Origin: Candidatus Omnitrophota bacterium
GTDB taxonomy: Bacteria; Omnitrophota; Gorgyraeia; Duberdicusellales; 4484-171
Direction: 5' to 3'
Assembly (NCBI GenBank): GCA_043815185.1
Contig: JBDRJF010000026.1
Location: 773-64,772 of the forward strand
Length of the DNA stretch: 64,000 bases
Shown here: positions 55,769-64,000 of the stretch, one piece after another
Numbering within the stretch: position 1 is the first letter of the stretch
Layout of the letters: every line of letters starts with the position of its first letter
Notes under the pieces: generated by a model
Told to the model about the DNA's origin: nothing
Databases searched by the model: none
Seen by the model: only the letters and a program-made list of their open reading frames with translations
Translations under genes and position numbers: made by a program

Positions 55769-57913
55769 ATGAAAGAAAAGATTAAAGACATCAGCGAGCG
55801 CAAGCAGACAATGGAGTTGCTGAAAGAAAACGAAGAATATTATAGAATATTTGCATCGTATCAACAGGCGATTTCTGAGCTGCGTAAGTTTTATCTAGCA
55901 GATGCTACTTTTGAACAGATGATTCAGAAAACACTTAATTTAATTATTGAAGAATTTGGTTATTATATGGCTTGGTTTGCCGAATTGATAGAGAAAGAAG
56001 GAGTAATCCTTCCCAAGTTGTGGGCTGGAAAATACGAAAAATACCTCGATGGATTGCGGCTTGAATATGAGAGCGATAAAAAAGATGCTAAATGTGCTAT
56101 GAGTATTGCAATTTTGACGAAAGAACCCTTTGGCTATGCCGATCTTGAACACGATAAAGATTTTGAAAAATGGCGTGCTTTTGCCTTGCAATACGGGTAT
56201 CGTTCAAATCAAGCAATTCCGTTTATTATGGATGGTAAATGCAAGAGTGCATTTTTGATTTACAGCAGTAGGCCTTTTGCCTTTAGCGAAAGACTGGTTG
56301 AATACCTCAAAGGCATAGTGGATGATGTGGCTATGGTTATTGAAAATACCAACCGGCGCAAGCAGGCTCAAAATGCGCTGCAGCAGGCCCACGACGAGTT
56401 GGAAATACGGGTTGCAGAACGTACGAAAGGGCTACGCAAGAGCGAGGAGTTTAATACGCAGATAATCGAGAGAAGCTTTGACGTAATATTCATGCTTGAT
56501 GTTAGAGGATTTGTTGAATATGCCTCCCCGGCGACAAATAAGATCTTAGGATATACTGTTGAGGAGGTAAAGGGTAAACACTTCACTAACTACGTTCAAT
56601 TAGTAGATCACCAAAAGGCATTAAGAATATTTACTAAAGTAGCAGGTGGAGAGGTAGCTGAAAACTTTGAGTTGCGTTTAGGAAAGAAAAACGGCTCCAT
56701 GATATACGTTAGGGTAAATGCCGCCCCGTTAATAGAGGGAAAGAAAGTAATTTCAATCATGGGATATTTTAATGATATCACCGCACGTAGAAAGAGAGAA
56801 GAGGAAAACAGGAGTCTAAAAGAATATAATGAAAATATAATGACAAGTATCCCCACAGTTATTATAACCTGCGATAAAAAATTAATAATAAAATCAATCA
56901 ATAAAGCCCGATGTACCATTTGTGGCCGAAAGAAAAGCGGTCATGTCGGAAAACACCTATCTGAAATATTAGGTCCCAAAGTGATTAAAAATGAAGAATT
57001 GGATAAGAAGATTTGGGAAGTTTTCAAGACAAAAGAGCCATCCCAAGAAATGCAAATCAGACATAATTTTCCCAAAACAGGAGCGAAAGTATTAAACCTT
57101 AAAATAGTTGGCATATCTCATGCAGGAAAAGAAGAAGTTTTACTGCTCCTGAACGATATTACCGAAAAAAAAGAATTGCAAGAGAGGATAATCCAAGCAG
57201 ATAAGTTGGCTTCAGTGGGAGAAATGGCCGCAGGATTAGCCCACGAGATCAATAATCCCATAGCTATTATTAAAGGCAATGCTCAATATATGCAGAAAAA
57301 GTTGCAGCTATTATTATCATCAAAAAAGTTTGGAAAAGATGAGATTAAGGAGTGTGCTGGAATTTTAGGAAGGATTGCTGAGGAAGCAGAAAGATGCGGC
57401 AAGATAACTTCCGGGCTTCTGCAATTTACCAGAAGGGGCGAAGATAAATTATCACTGTTAGATATTAACCAGGAATTAGCTACTGTCTTAGCGGTTACTG
57501 AACATAATTTATCATTGGCCAAGGTTGAGGTAAATCAAAAGTTATTCACCAGATTGCCAAAGGTATTGGGCCATTCAGGTCAGCTAAGACAAGTTTTCAT
57601 GAACATAATTCTCAATGCTCAAGATGCCATGGCTCAGGGCGGGGTTTTGACTGTCGAAACTTCTTATGACAAAAATAAGAAAAAGGTAGAAATTGATTTT
57701 ACTGATACCGGCCACGGTATTTACAAAGAGAATCTCGATAGGCTATTCGATCCTTTCTTTACTACTAAAAAGCCAGGTAAAGGGGTAGGGTTAGGTTTAA
57801 GTATATCTCATGGCATTATTACAGCCTATAAAGGCAGTATCAAGGTTGCAAGTAAACTGGGCCAAGGGGCTATGTTTAGGATTAGGTTGCCGCTTGGACC
57901 AAAAAAAAAGTAG
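55769..57913 (+). CDS. Sensor histidine kinase (GAF-like + PAS domains + HisKA/HATPase)
   Basis: H-box AAGLAHEINNP, N-box NIILNAQDAM, G-boxes DTGHGI and GKGVGLGLS. PAS region IIERSFDVIFMLD... Confidence 0.9.
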   Translation: MKEKIKDISERKQTMELLKENEEYYRIFASYQQAISELRKFYLADATFEQMIQKTLNLIIEEFGYYMAWFAELIEKEGVILPKLWAGKYEKYLDGLRLEYESDKKDAKCAMSIAILTKEPFGYADLEHDKDFEKWRAFALQYGYRSNQAIPFIMDGKCKSAFLIYSSRPFAFSERLVEYLKGIVDDVAMVIENTNRRKQAQNALQQAHDELEIRVAERTKGLRKSEEFNTQIIERSFDVIFMLDVRGFVEYASPATNKILGYTVEEVKGKHFTNYVQLVDHQKALRIFTKVAGGEVAENFELRLGKKNGSMIYVRVNAAPLIEGKKVISIMGYFNDITARRKREEENRSLKEYNENIMTSIPTVIITCDKKLIIKSINKARCTICGRKKSGHVGKHLSEILGPKVIKNEELDKKIWEVFKTKEPSQEMQIRHNFPKTGAKVLNLKIVGISHAGKEEVLLLLNDITEKKELQERIIQADKLASVGEMAAGLAHEINNPIAIIKGNAQYMQKKLQLLLSSKKFGKDEIKECAGILGRIAEEAERCGKITSGLLQFTRRGEDKLSLLDINQELATVLAVTEHNLSLAKVEVNQKLFTRLPKVLGHSGQLRQVFMNIILNAQDAMAQGGVLTVETSYDKNKKKVEIDFTDTGHGIYKENLDRLFDPFFTTKKPGKGVGLGLSISHGIITAYKGSIKVASKLGQGAMFRIRLPLGPKKK

Positions 57914-58005
57914 CAAAAAGCTCAGATAAGTGTTAAGCTAAAGTTAGCTTTTAGAGTTAAAAAAAATGCCCAGTTTTGACCTTGAGGCAGTAAAAGAATG
58001 AAAAA

Positions 58006-58560
58006 ATGAAAATAGGAAATAAGATAAGAAATATCCGCCTCAATAAAAGAATGACCTTGAAAGAACTATCCCAAAAGGTAAGTTTGACTAAAAGTTTTCT
58101 TTCCCAGTTAGAAAGGGGGCGTACATCTCCTTCAGTAAATTCCTTAGAGAAAATAGCCCAGGCTTTAGATACAAAAGTAGCTTGTTTTTTTGAGGATAAA
58201 GAAGATAAACCATTAATCTTTATTAAAAAAAGAAATGATCGGGAAGTTTTTGACCAGAAGAAAAAGATATTATGCCAGACCTTGGCTTCCGGCCTTTTAA
58301 ATATCGGAATGCAGCCGCAGATTTTTCATATAGCTGGAGGTGCTAAGTTAACAAAAGAATTGGGCCCTTTAAGAGGAGAAAAACTGGGCATGGTGCTTAA
58401 AGGAACATTAGAATTTTTTTTCCAAGAGAAACAATTAAAGCTTGAAAAGGGCGACAGTATCTATTGCAGTAATACAACTTTGCCCTACAAGATAATTAAT
58501 CAGAGTAAAAACAAATCTCAGCTTCTTTGGGTAATCCTTAGGAGGGTTTCATCAGCTTAA
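58006..58560 (+). CDS. XRE-family HTH + cupin-domain transcriptional regulator
   Basis: IRNIRLNKRMTLKELSQKVSLTKSFLSQLERG HTH_3 motif, followed by a C-terminal cupin barrel. Confidence 0.85.
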   Translation: MKIGNKIRNIRLNKRMTLKELSQKVSLTKSFLSQLERGRTSPSVNSLEKIAQALDTKVACFFEDKEDKPLIFIKKRNDREVFDQKKKILCQTLASGLLNIGMQPQIFHIAGGAKLTKELGPLRGEKLGMVLKGTLEFFFQEKQLKLEKGDSIYCSNTTLPYKIINQSKNKSQLLWVILRRVSSA

Positions 58561-58586
58561 CCTTTTAAAAGCGAGGAAGGTGATTT

Positions 58587-58988
58587 ATGAAAACTAATAT
58601 TGATAAGGGTAAATTTATCGAAAGAAGGCGGTTCCCGCGCTTAAAGGATAATTTATTTATTTTTTACCGCTTTTTGGCCTCTGTCGCAAAAGATTGCAAG
58701 GCCATCACTCAAGACGTAAGTGCCAGTGGTTTCTGCTTTGAATCAGAAACAAGGTTGTTACCGTTCAGTGAGATGGAAGTTGAGATATATCAACCGCTGA
58801 CCCATTCAAAAGAGATAATTTTTTCTATGCCAATTATAGCTAGGGTAGTTTGGGTAAATAAAATAGACAGCGGGCAATTTGAGCAGGGTAATAACAAGTA
58901 CAGAATAGGAGTATATTTTTCAAGAATTCATAAAATAGATCAGGAGAAAATTATAAATTATGTTCAAACCCGCCGATCAAAAACATAG
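58587..58988 (+). CDS. PilZ domain protein
   Basis: RRRFPR (RxxxR) and DVSASG (DxSxxG) motifs. Confidence 0.8.
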   Translation: MKTNIDKGKFIERRRFPRLKDNLFIFYRFLASVAKDCKAITQDVSASGFCFESETRLLPFSEMEVEIYQPLTHSKEIIFSMPIIARVVWVNKIDSGQFEQGNNKYRIGVYFSRIHKIDQEKIINYVQTRRSKT

Positions 58989-59010
58989 GCCGGCTATTTT
59001 TTTGCCGATA

Positions 59011-59036
59011 AAGTTAAGTATTACTTAACTTTTTTC
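59011..59036 (+). terminator. AT-rich hairpin plus T tract after the PilZ gene
   Basis: AAGTTAAGTA/TACTTAACTT arms followed by TTTTTCTTT. Confidence 0.45.
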
Positions 59037-59251
59037 TTTCCTGCCTCCGCCGATTTTCCCCCATAAACCTTAATAAATACTCTGGTCAGACGATGGTGAA
59101 AACATTTTCCTTGACATAAAGATAAACTTAGATATTATTATATTAAAAATAGGTAAAATTCAGGAAGGACGATGTCTATAACTATCTTATACTATCAGTA
59201 AATTTCTTTAGTTTAGACCCAATAATTAAAATTTAAAGCCGCAAAAATAAA

Positions 59252-59830
59252 ATGTTGGATGTTCAAGCTGTAGCTAAGTATTTGCAAATGCATCGAATGA
59301 CTATTTATAAGTTAGCTCGCAGGGGAGAGTTGCCGGGAATAAAAATAAGCGGCAAATGGAGGTTTGATAAGGAACTTCTCGAGGATTGGACGTCAAAGGG
59401 TGTCAGAATAGGTAAGAAGAGGAGCCGGTTTGTAATATATAAAGTGAAGAAAAGAAATAATAAAGTTTTAGTGGTGGATGATGACCCGGGAATTATTGCG
59501 CTATTTAAGACAGTCCTTAAAGATTTAGACTGTAAGATTTTTTCTGCTAACTCAGGAGAGGAGGGTTTAAGGATTATAAAAAAAGAGAAGCCGGCCGTGG
59601 TTCTTCTAGACTTAAAATTGCCCGGGATAAGCGGCATTGAAACCTTGCGTTTAATTAAAAGATTTGATAAAGATGTAGCAGTTATTATGGTTACCGCCTA
59701 TGGCACGCTGAATACTGTGATTAAGGCGATGAAATTGGGCGCTCAGGATTATATAGCAAAACCTTTTGATCTGGATAGGATAATTTCATTAATAGCTGAG
59801 ACACTTAAGATCACTGTATTGATTAAGTAA
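59252..59830 (+). CDS. Response regulator, paralog of 55165..55740 (excisionase-type HTH + receiver)
   Basis: Same architecture with long identical runs (MTIYKL, WRFDK, DDDPGI, VVLLDLK, TLRLIK, AMKLGA.DYIAKPFD). Confidence 0.85.
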   Translation: MLDVQAVAKYLQMHRMTIYKLARRGELPGIKISGKWRFDKELLEDWTSKGVRIGKKRSRFVIYKVKKRNNKVLVVDDDPGIIALFKTVLKDLDCKIFSANSGEEGLRIIKKEKPAVVLLDLKLPGISGIETLRLIKRFDKDVAVIMVTAYGTLNTVIKAMKLGAQDYIAKPFDLDRIISLIAETLKITVLIK

Positions 59831-59903
59831 TAACTTTATATTTATGCTAAATAAAAGACTCGCTTAATGTTATATTTAATAAATAATTTGTATGAAATCA
59901 GGC

Positions 59904-59931
59904 CCGCCATTAATTCCAATGGCGGTTTTTT
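59904..59931 (+). terminator. Rho-independent terminator
   Basis: CCGCCATT-aattcc-AATGGCGG followed by TTTTTT. Confidence 0.6.
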
Positions 59932-59953
59932 ATTGGCTCAATTATGAAAGGTA

Positions 59954-60334
59954 ATGCCAGCTAAGGAAAGTATTATTAAAGAATTATCAGAAGCCTGTTT
60001 TAACCCTAATTATTTAGTAAAAAGGTTAAATAGAGTTCTTTTTAGAGATGCCCAACGTACTTCAGGCCGTATACATTTCCATTTCCAAAACAAATCAGAC
60101 CATATTATTCTTATCTGGTTTAAAGGAAGGCTAAAAGACATAGTGGTTAAATCGCCCGATTGTAAACAAAGTGAATCGGTGAAATGGAATGATTCTCAGT
60201 TTTTCAATTATCAACCGGAAAATGTTCTTGAACAACTATATCAACAAATTGTGCAGATAGAAATAGATGAGCATAATTTTAGAAAGAGATGGCTAGCCTA
60301 TGATGAATTTATTAAATGGCTGATCAAGAGTTAA
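59954..60334 (+). CDS. Hypothetical protein
   Basis: 126-aa ORF with no recognisable motif. Confidence 0.4.
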   Translation: MPAKESIIKELSEACFNPNYLVKRLNRVLFRDAQRTSGRIHFHFQNKSDHIILIWFKGRLKDIVVKSPDCKQSESVKWNDSQFFNYQPENVLEQLYQQIVQIEIDEHNFRKRWLAYDEFIKWLIKS

Positions 60335-60565
60335 ATTTAAAGAAGATAATTGCCTTAAGAGGTTATCAGGCAATGGCCAGGCATTATAAGACTCTTGAAG
60401 CGGAGGAAAGAAGCGGGAAATTTTGGCATTGGACATTTTGAGCGGGATTTATTATTTTCATCAGCATTTCGATTGGCTATTTACTGAGATACTTTTCGAT
60501 AAATAGCTTAGTTTTATAAAGGAAATCTTGCGCAGACAAAAAATAATTGTGGAAGGAGGTGAGAG

Positions 60566-60814
60566 ATGGGAGTGAAGATTAAGAAACTTGATGTCCAGAA
60601 GTTAGTTCAAGATACGAAATTGATGGATGAGATTATCAAGAGAGTTTTGGATAGCCCTAAGGCGATGGATGAATTAGCCAAAGAAGTTGCTGATAAACTT
60701 GTTGATATTTTAGAAGATGACCCGAAGTTTAAGAAAAAGATACTTGATGCAGCCTTAACCAGTCCAGATTTTAAGAAAGGTATTATTAAAAGGGTAGCGA
60801 AAGAATCTGATTAA
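60566..60814 (+). CDS. Hypothetical small helical protein
   Basis: RBS GGAAGGAGG upstream. 82 aa, Lys/Asp-rich and helical. Precedes the STAS gene. Confidence 0.45.
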   Translation: MGVKIKKLDVQKLVQDTKLMDEIIKRVLDSPKAMDELAKEVADKLVDILEDDPKFKKKILDAALTSPDFKKGIIKRVAKESD

Positions 60815-60839
60815 CCATTTATAACGAAAGGAGAAAATC

Positions 60840-61184
60840 ATGGATTTAAAAGTTAGGGTTGAAGAACTTCAACAAGGATATATTCTTATTGAGTTGGTAG
60901 GAGATATGGATGCTTATACTTCCAAGGGGTTTAAAAAAGAGGTAGAGGCTTTAATCAAAAGAAGAAAGTATAAGTTAATCGTTGATGTTGAAAAAGTTAG
61001 TTGTATTGACAGCGTGGGAGTAGGAATCCTCTTAGGCGCACTTAAGAAGACCCGAGAAAAAAAGGGAGACCTTTGGCTTATTTACAATAAATCAAAAGTA
61101 AAGAGGTTTCTTGAGCTTACAGGATTGAATAAGAATTTTAAAGTATTTAAAAATAGACAGCAAACTTATAAGAAACTTAAGTAA
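60840..61184 (+). CDS. STAS-domain protein (anti-sigma-factor antagonist-like)
   Basis: SpoIIAA-like pattern: GDMDAYTSKGFKKEV...VSCIDSVGVGILLG...LTGL. Confidence 0.8.
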   Translation: MDLKVRVEELQQGYILIELVGDMDAYTSKGFKKEVEALIKRRKYKLIVDVEKVSCIDSVGVGILLGALKKTREKKGDLWLIYNKSKVKRFLELTGLNKNFKVFKNRQQTYKKLK

Positions 61185-61311
61185 GCTAATTTGTTCTTAT
61201 AAATAAGACCCCTTTTTTTGAGAATAAAGAAAAAGACATTTTATCACCTAGTAAAGGACTGGCAAAGATTTTTGCTTTTACCTTTGCCGGCGTATTTTTA
61301 ATTTTATCTCT

Positions 61312-61878
61312 ATGTTTAAAAAAGAGAAAGATAGAAAAAAGAATGTTTCCCAAGATAAGATAATTGATGTAGACGTCTCTATGCGGGGAGACCTTAAATT
61401 CAGCGAGCCGGTTAATTTAAGGATAAATGGTTCCTTTGAGGGGGAATTAGATATTAAAGGGAGTTTAACTATCGGTAGGAATGCCAAAGTTAAGGCTAAA
61501 ATAAACGGTGATGCGGTTATTATTGAAGGGATGGTTAAGGGTGATATTAACGCCAGAAAATCTATTGAGCTTATCCCGTCAGCAAAAGTAATTGGGTCTA
61601 TTATTACTCCTTCTTTAACAATAAAGGAAGGAGCTCTATTCAAAGGAACTTGCGATATGGGAGTTGAAAATGACTTTTTTGAGGAGATCGGAGTAGGTGA
61701 AGGATTTTTAAATACCAGGGAAGTAACAGAATACTTAGAAGTTGATATATCGAGGGTGAGAAAATGGGCCCAGGAAGGGAAAATCCCAGCTGAGAAACAA
61801 GGAAATAATTGGGTATTTAATAGGCAAGAGATTGAAAAATGGTTATCGGAAAGCAAAATGCCCAAAGAGGATAGCTGA
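61312..61878 (+). CDS. Bactofilin-domain protein fused to a C-terminal excisionase-type HTH
   Basis: Bactofilin beta-helix repeats (INGSFEGELDIKGSLTIGRNAKVKAKINGDAVIIEGMVKGDINA...LTIKEGALFKGTCDM), then LNTREVTEYLEVDISRVRKWAQEGKIPAEKQGNNWVFNRQEIEKWL. Confidence 0.8.
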   Translation: MFKKEKDRKKNVSQDKIIDVDVSMRGDLKFSEPVNLRINGSFEGELDIKGSLTIGRNAKVKAKINGDAVIIEGMVKGDINARKSIELIPSAKVIGSIITPSLTIKEGALFKGTCDMGVENDFFEEIGVGEGFLNTREVTEYLEVDISRVRKWAQEGKIPAEKQGNNWVFNRQEIEKWLSESKMPKEDS

Positions 61879-61984
61879 TTTTTTATCGATAAAGGCAGTT
61901 TAATGTTTAAAAAAAGCATAAAAAGGGTATAAAAATAAAGGAAATAGAAGCCTAACTGAGAAGGATTGTAGGATAATTGCCGAA

Positions 61985-62737
61985 ATGAGGGAGTTTGAAC
62001 AGATGCCGCCTGATTTATTAGCTCTACATAAAAAGAAGTTTAATAAACTAAAGAGGGTTCGGGCTATTCTCTTGGTTGTGAGCCTAGCGGGTATTACGCT
62101 GGCAAGCGTTTTTTTTATCCAGAAACAAATAGAGAGACAAAAGAGAATCATAACCGAAGGAAAGCTCGAAACGACAATCGAGGCTAAGAAGGTTGTTGAG
62201 AATAACTTGACCGCGAGGACTAAACAGTGGGAAGGAGAAAGAGCAAAAGCGCAAGTTTTGACAGAAAAATTAGATAATGAAATTCGCAGGAGGCAACAGA
62301 TTGCCGCAAAACTGGATAAAATAGCACAACAACTAGCCCAAGAGCAGCGGCACAGAGGCGGCTTAGAGCAAGAAGTAAAGGAGACAGAGGAGAAATTAAC
62401 TTTGGCTATAAAAGCCAAAGCTGAAATCGAAGCCAAATATAAAGAATTGCAAACCAACTCTATTGGAGTGATAGAGCTTGAAAAGATTGTGGTAACAGCC
62501 AGGCCGCCCTTAGAAGGCAGAGTAGTACTGATAAATCGGGAGCAAGAATTTATATTGGTGGATTTAGGCAGTAAAGATAAGTTAGAGATTGGAGAGGTGT
62601 TGGCTGTTTATCGTAATAATGATCTTATTGGAAGAGCCAGGATTGTGGAAGTCCGGGAAACTTTATCAGCAGCAACCATACTCCATGAATTAAGGTGGAA
62701 TGAAATTAGCGAGGATGATATTGTTAAGCTATTCTAA
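61985..62737 (+). CDS. Membrane-anchored coiled-coil protein with a small C-terminal beta domain
   Basis: One TM helix (AILLVVSLAGITLASVFFI), a long heptad-rich region, and a C-terminal GRVVLINREQEFILVDLG...IGRARIVEV segment. Confidence 0.5.
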   Translation: MREFEQMPPDLLALHKKKFNKLKRVRAILLVVSLAGITLASVFFIQKQIERQKRIITEGKLETTIEAKKVVENNLTARTKQWEGERAKAQVLTEKLDNEIRRRQQIAAKLDKIAQQLAQEQRHRGGLEQEVKETEEKLTLAIKAKAEIEAKYKELQTNSIGVIELEKIVVTARPPLEGRVVLINREQEFILVDLGSKDKLEIGEVLAVYRNNDLIGRARIVEVRETLSAATILHELRWNEISEDDIVKLF

Positions 62738-64000
62738 GTGCTTATTTTGTTTTCTTTTGGGGATAGGGATTTTTATAACACCTATTGTTGCCCAAGAACA
62801 GAAGGCTATCTTTGCGCAAGAGAGTAAAGGAAGACCTGATATAACAAGAATTGTGATTTCCGTTTCTGGTCCGGCTAAGTATAAACACTACCAAAAAGAA
62901 AAACCGCCTGGTTTAGTGATAGAATTCAAAACTCGCAATGTAATCAGTCAGATAGAGAAAGAGGCGATAGTCAAACAAGGAGTAGTAAAAAGTATCCAGG
63001 CTCAATATTATCGAAGAGCCGGAAGCATAAAGGGAAAGAGAGTATATCCCTTGAAGTCTTTGACTTTTGAATTGCTGCAGTCTTCTGTCTATAGGATTGT
63101 TCAAACCGATAATTCAATTATTGTGGAGATAGAAAATCCAGTTGACTTAAAGGTTGAAGAAGTGTCTGGAGGTGAAGTGGAAATAACTGATACAGTACGA
63201 ACCGGGGAGGAATTAAATGAGAAGAAAAAGGCACTTCAGGAAGCTATATTAGAAGCCGAAATCAAGCTAGAAGAAGAAAAGAAGAAAATTAGAGGAGAAC
63301 TTAAAAGTGAAGCATTAGTTCCTGCTGAAGTTTTAGCCAGCCCGGAGAAGGCAAAAGAAATAATTCCGGCCTTAGATAAAAAAAAAATAAAAAGACCCTC
63401 GATTCCTTCTAAAATACACCCCGGTTCCTTTAAAGAAGTAATTTTTTTAATATTTTTTACCGGCATTGGTGCTTTAATTGGTGCTCTAGGTGCCTTGCTG
63501 TGGAAGTTTCAAAGGCAAAAAAATAAGAAAAAGACAAATTTGACCTCTAAAGGAATAGTGAAAGAAGTTCAAGACTATGTAAGCCAATTGAGACAAAAAG
63601 ATGCCTGTTTAAGAGAGGAACTTAATAAGTATAAAAACTTAGAACAGCGTTTAGCCGAGAAAAATCAAATCATCCAAGAGCAGCAGAGTCAAAGCCAGCA
63701 ACTCCAAGAACAACTTAACAAGACCAATAAGGAAGCAGAAGAAACCTTTACTTTAGCCGCTCATTTAGAACAAAAACTGGTTCAAAAGGAACAGCAATTT
63801 CAAGAAAAAGAAGCAGTCTTAGAAGAATTATCGCAAAAAAGCAGGGTTATAGAGGGGGTTAATAAGGAATTCCAAGAATTAAAAGCCAGCTATCAGACTC
63901 TTGAGCAATCTTTAAAGGAAAAAGAAGGGTCACTCATCGGCCTTAAGGAACATAAGGAGAATTTAAAGGAGGAATTATCATCTAAAAGAGAGTTGATCGG
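62715..64000 (+). CDS. AMIN-domain protein with a TM helix and long cytoplasmic coiled coil (3' end outside window)
   Basis: My own translation; the ORF is absent from the track because it has no stop in the window. Signal peptide MILLSYSKCLFCFLLGIGIFITPIVAQ. AMIN-like block ITRIVISVSGPAKY...PPGLVIEFK...YRIVQTDNSIIVEIENP. TM helix VIFLIFFTGIGALIGALGALLW. Gln/Glu/Lys-rich coiled coil to nt 64000. Confidence 0.6.
   Translation, partial: MILLSYSKCLFCFLLGIGIFITPIVAQEQKAIFAQESKGRPDITRIVISVSGPAKYKHYQKEKPPGLVIEFKTRNVISQIEKEAIVKQGVVKSIQAQYYRRAGSIKGKRVYPLKSLTFELLQSSVYRIVQTDNSIIVEIENPVDLKVEEVSGGEVEITDTVRTGEELNEKKKALQEAILEAEIKLEEEKKKIRGELKSEALVPAEVLASPEKAKEIIPALDKKKIKRPSIPSKIHPGSFKEVIFLIFFTGIGALIGALGALLWKFQRQKNKKKTNLTSKGIVKEVQDYVSQLRQKDACLREELNKYKNLEQRLAEKNQIIQEQQSQSQQLQEQLNKTNKEAEETFTLAAHLEQKLVQKEQQFQEKEAVLEELSQKSRVIEGVNKEFQELKASYQTLEQSLKEKEGSLIGLKEHKENLKEELSSKRELI

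Noticed and set aside
61278-62457. Two minus-strand ORFs (213 aa and 185 aa)
   Set aside because: They are antisense to the bactofilin-HTH and coiled-coil genes, which have clear domain signatures. The antisense translations are low-complexity with no motifs.

Overview
AT-rich, densely packed, mostly plus-strand bacterial chromosome segment. lpxA, an AMIN-domain protein and a prepilin peptidase suggest a diderm. My guess is an uncultured Omnitrophota-like or related candidate lineage; I cannot verify this without a database. About 52 kb is ordinary housekeeping: xseAB, rpsO-pnp, ftsK, rimO, pgsA-pgpA, pcrA/uvrD, lpxA, a thr/ile/val/leu block (apgM-like, lysC, cimA, ilvBNC, leuA), aroE/aroC, tilS-ftsH-folP-cdaA-pdxJ-acpS-nnrD and gpsA. 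Many junctions overlap by a few nt (ATGA type). The non-routine content sits at tRNA loci. (1) A Thr-Tyr-Gly tRNA cluster (49.87-51.16 kb) holds a tRNA-Tyr(GUA) gene split in its anticodon loop by a ~250-nt group I (IC3-like) intron. A single-motif LAGLIDADG endonuclease ORF lies between tRNA-Thr and tRNA-Tyr and reads in frame into tRNA exon 1 and the intron. (2) Downstream of both tRNA-Phe (36.2 kb) and tRNA-Tyr (50.9 kb) lies a homologous ~110-150-nt element. It ends in a 43/45-identical double-hairpin module followed directly by a second copy of the 3' end of the upstream tRNA. This fits att-type scars or mini-elements, or a tRNA-shell ncRNA. (3) A RAYT/IS200-like Y1 transposase gene bracketed by 21-nt inverted repeats sits next to tRNA-Pro. 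The last 11 kb is a signalling island: HD-GYP, two PilZ proteins, a GAF-PAS kinase, two paralogous response regulators with an N-terminal excisionase-type HTH, XRE-cupin, STAS, a bactofilin fused to the same HTH type, and AMIN/coiled-coil envelope proteins. No CRISPR array, rRNA, integrase or recognisable defence operon was seen. All calls rest on reading the sequence and translations by eye; no searches were run.
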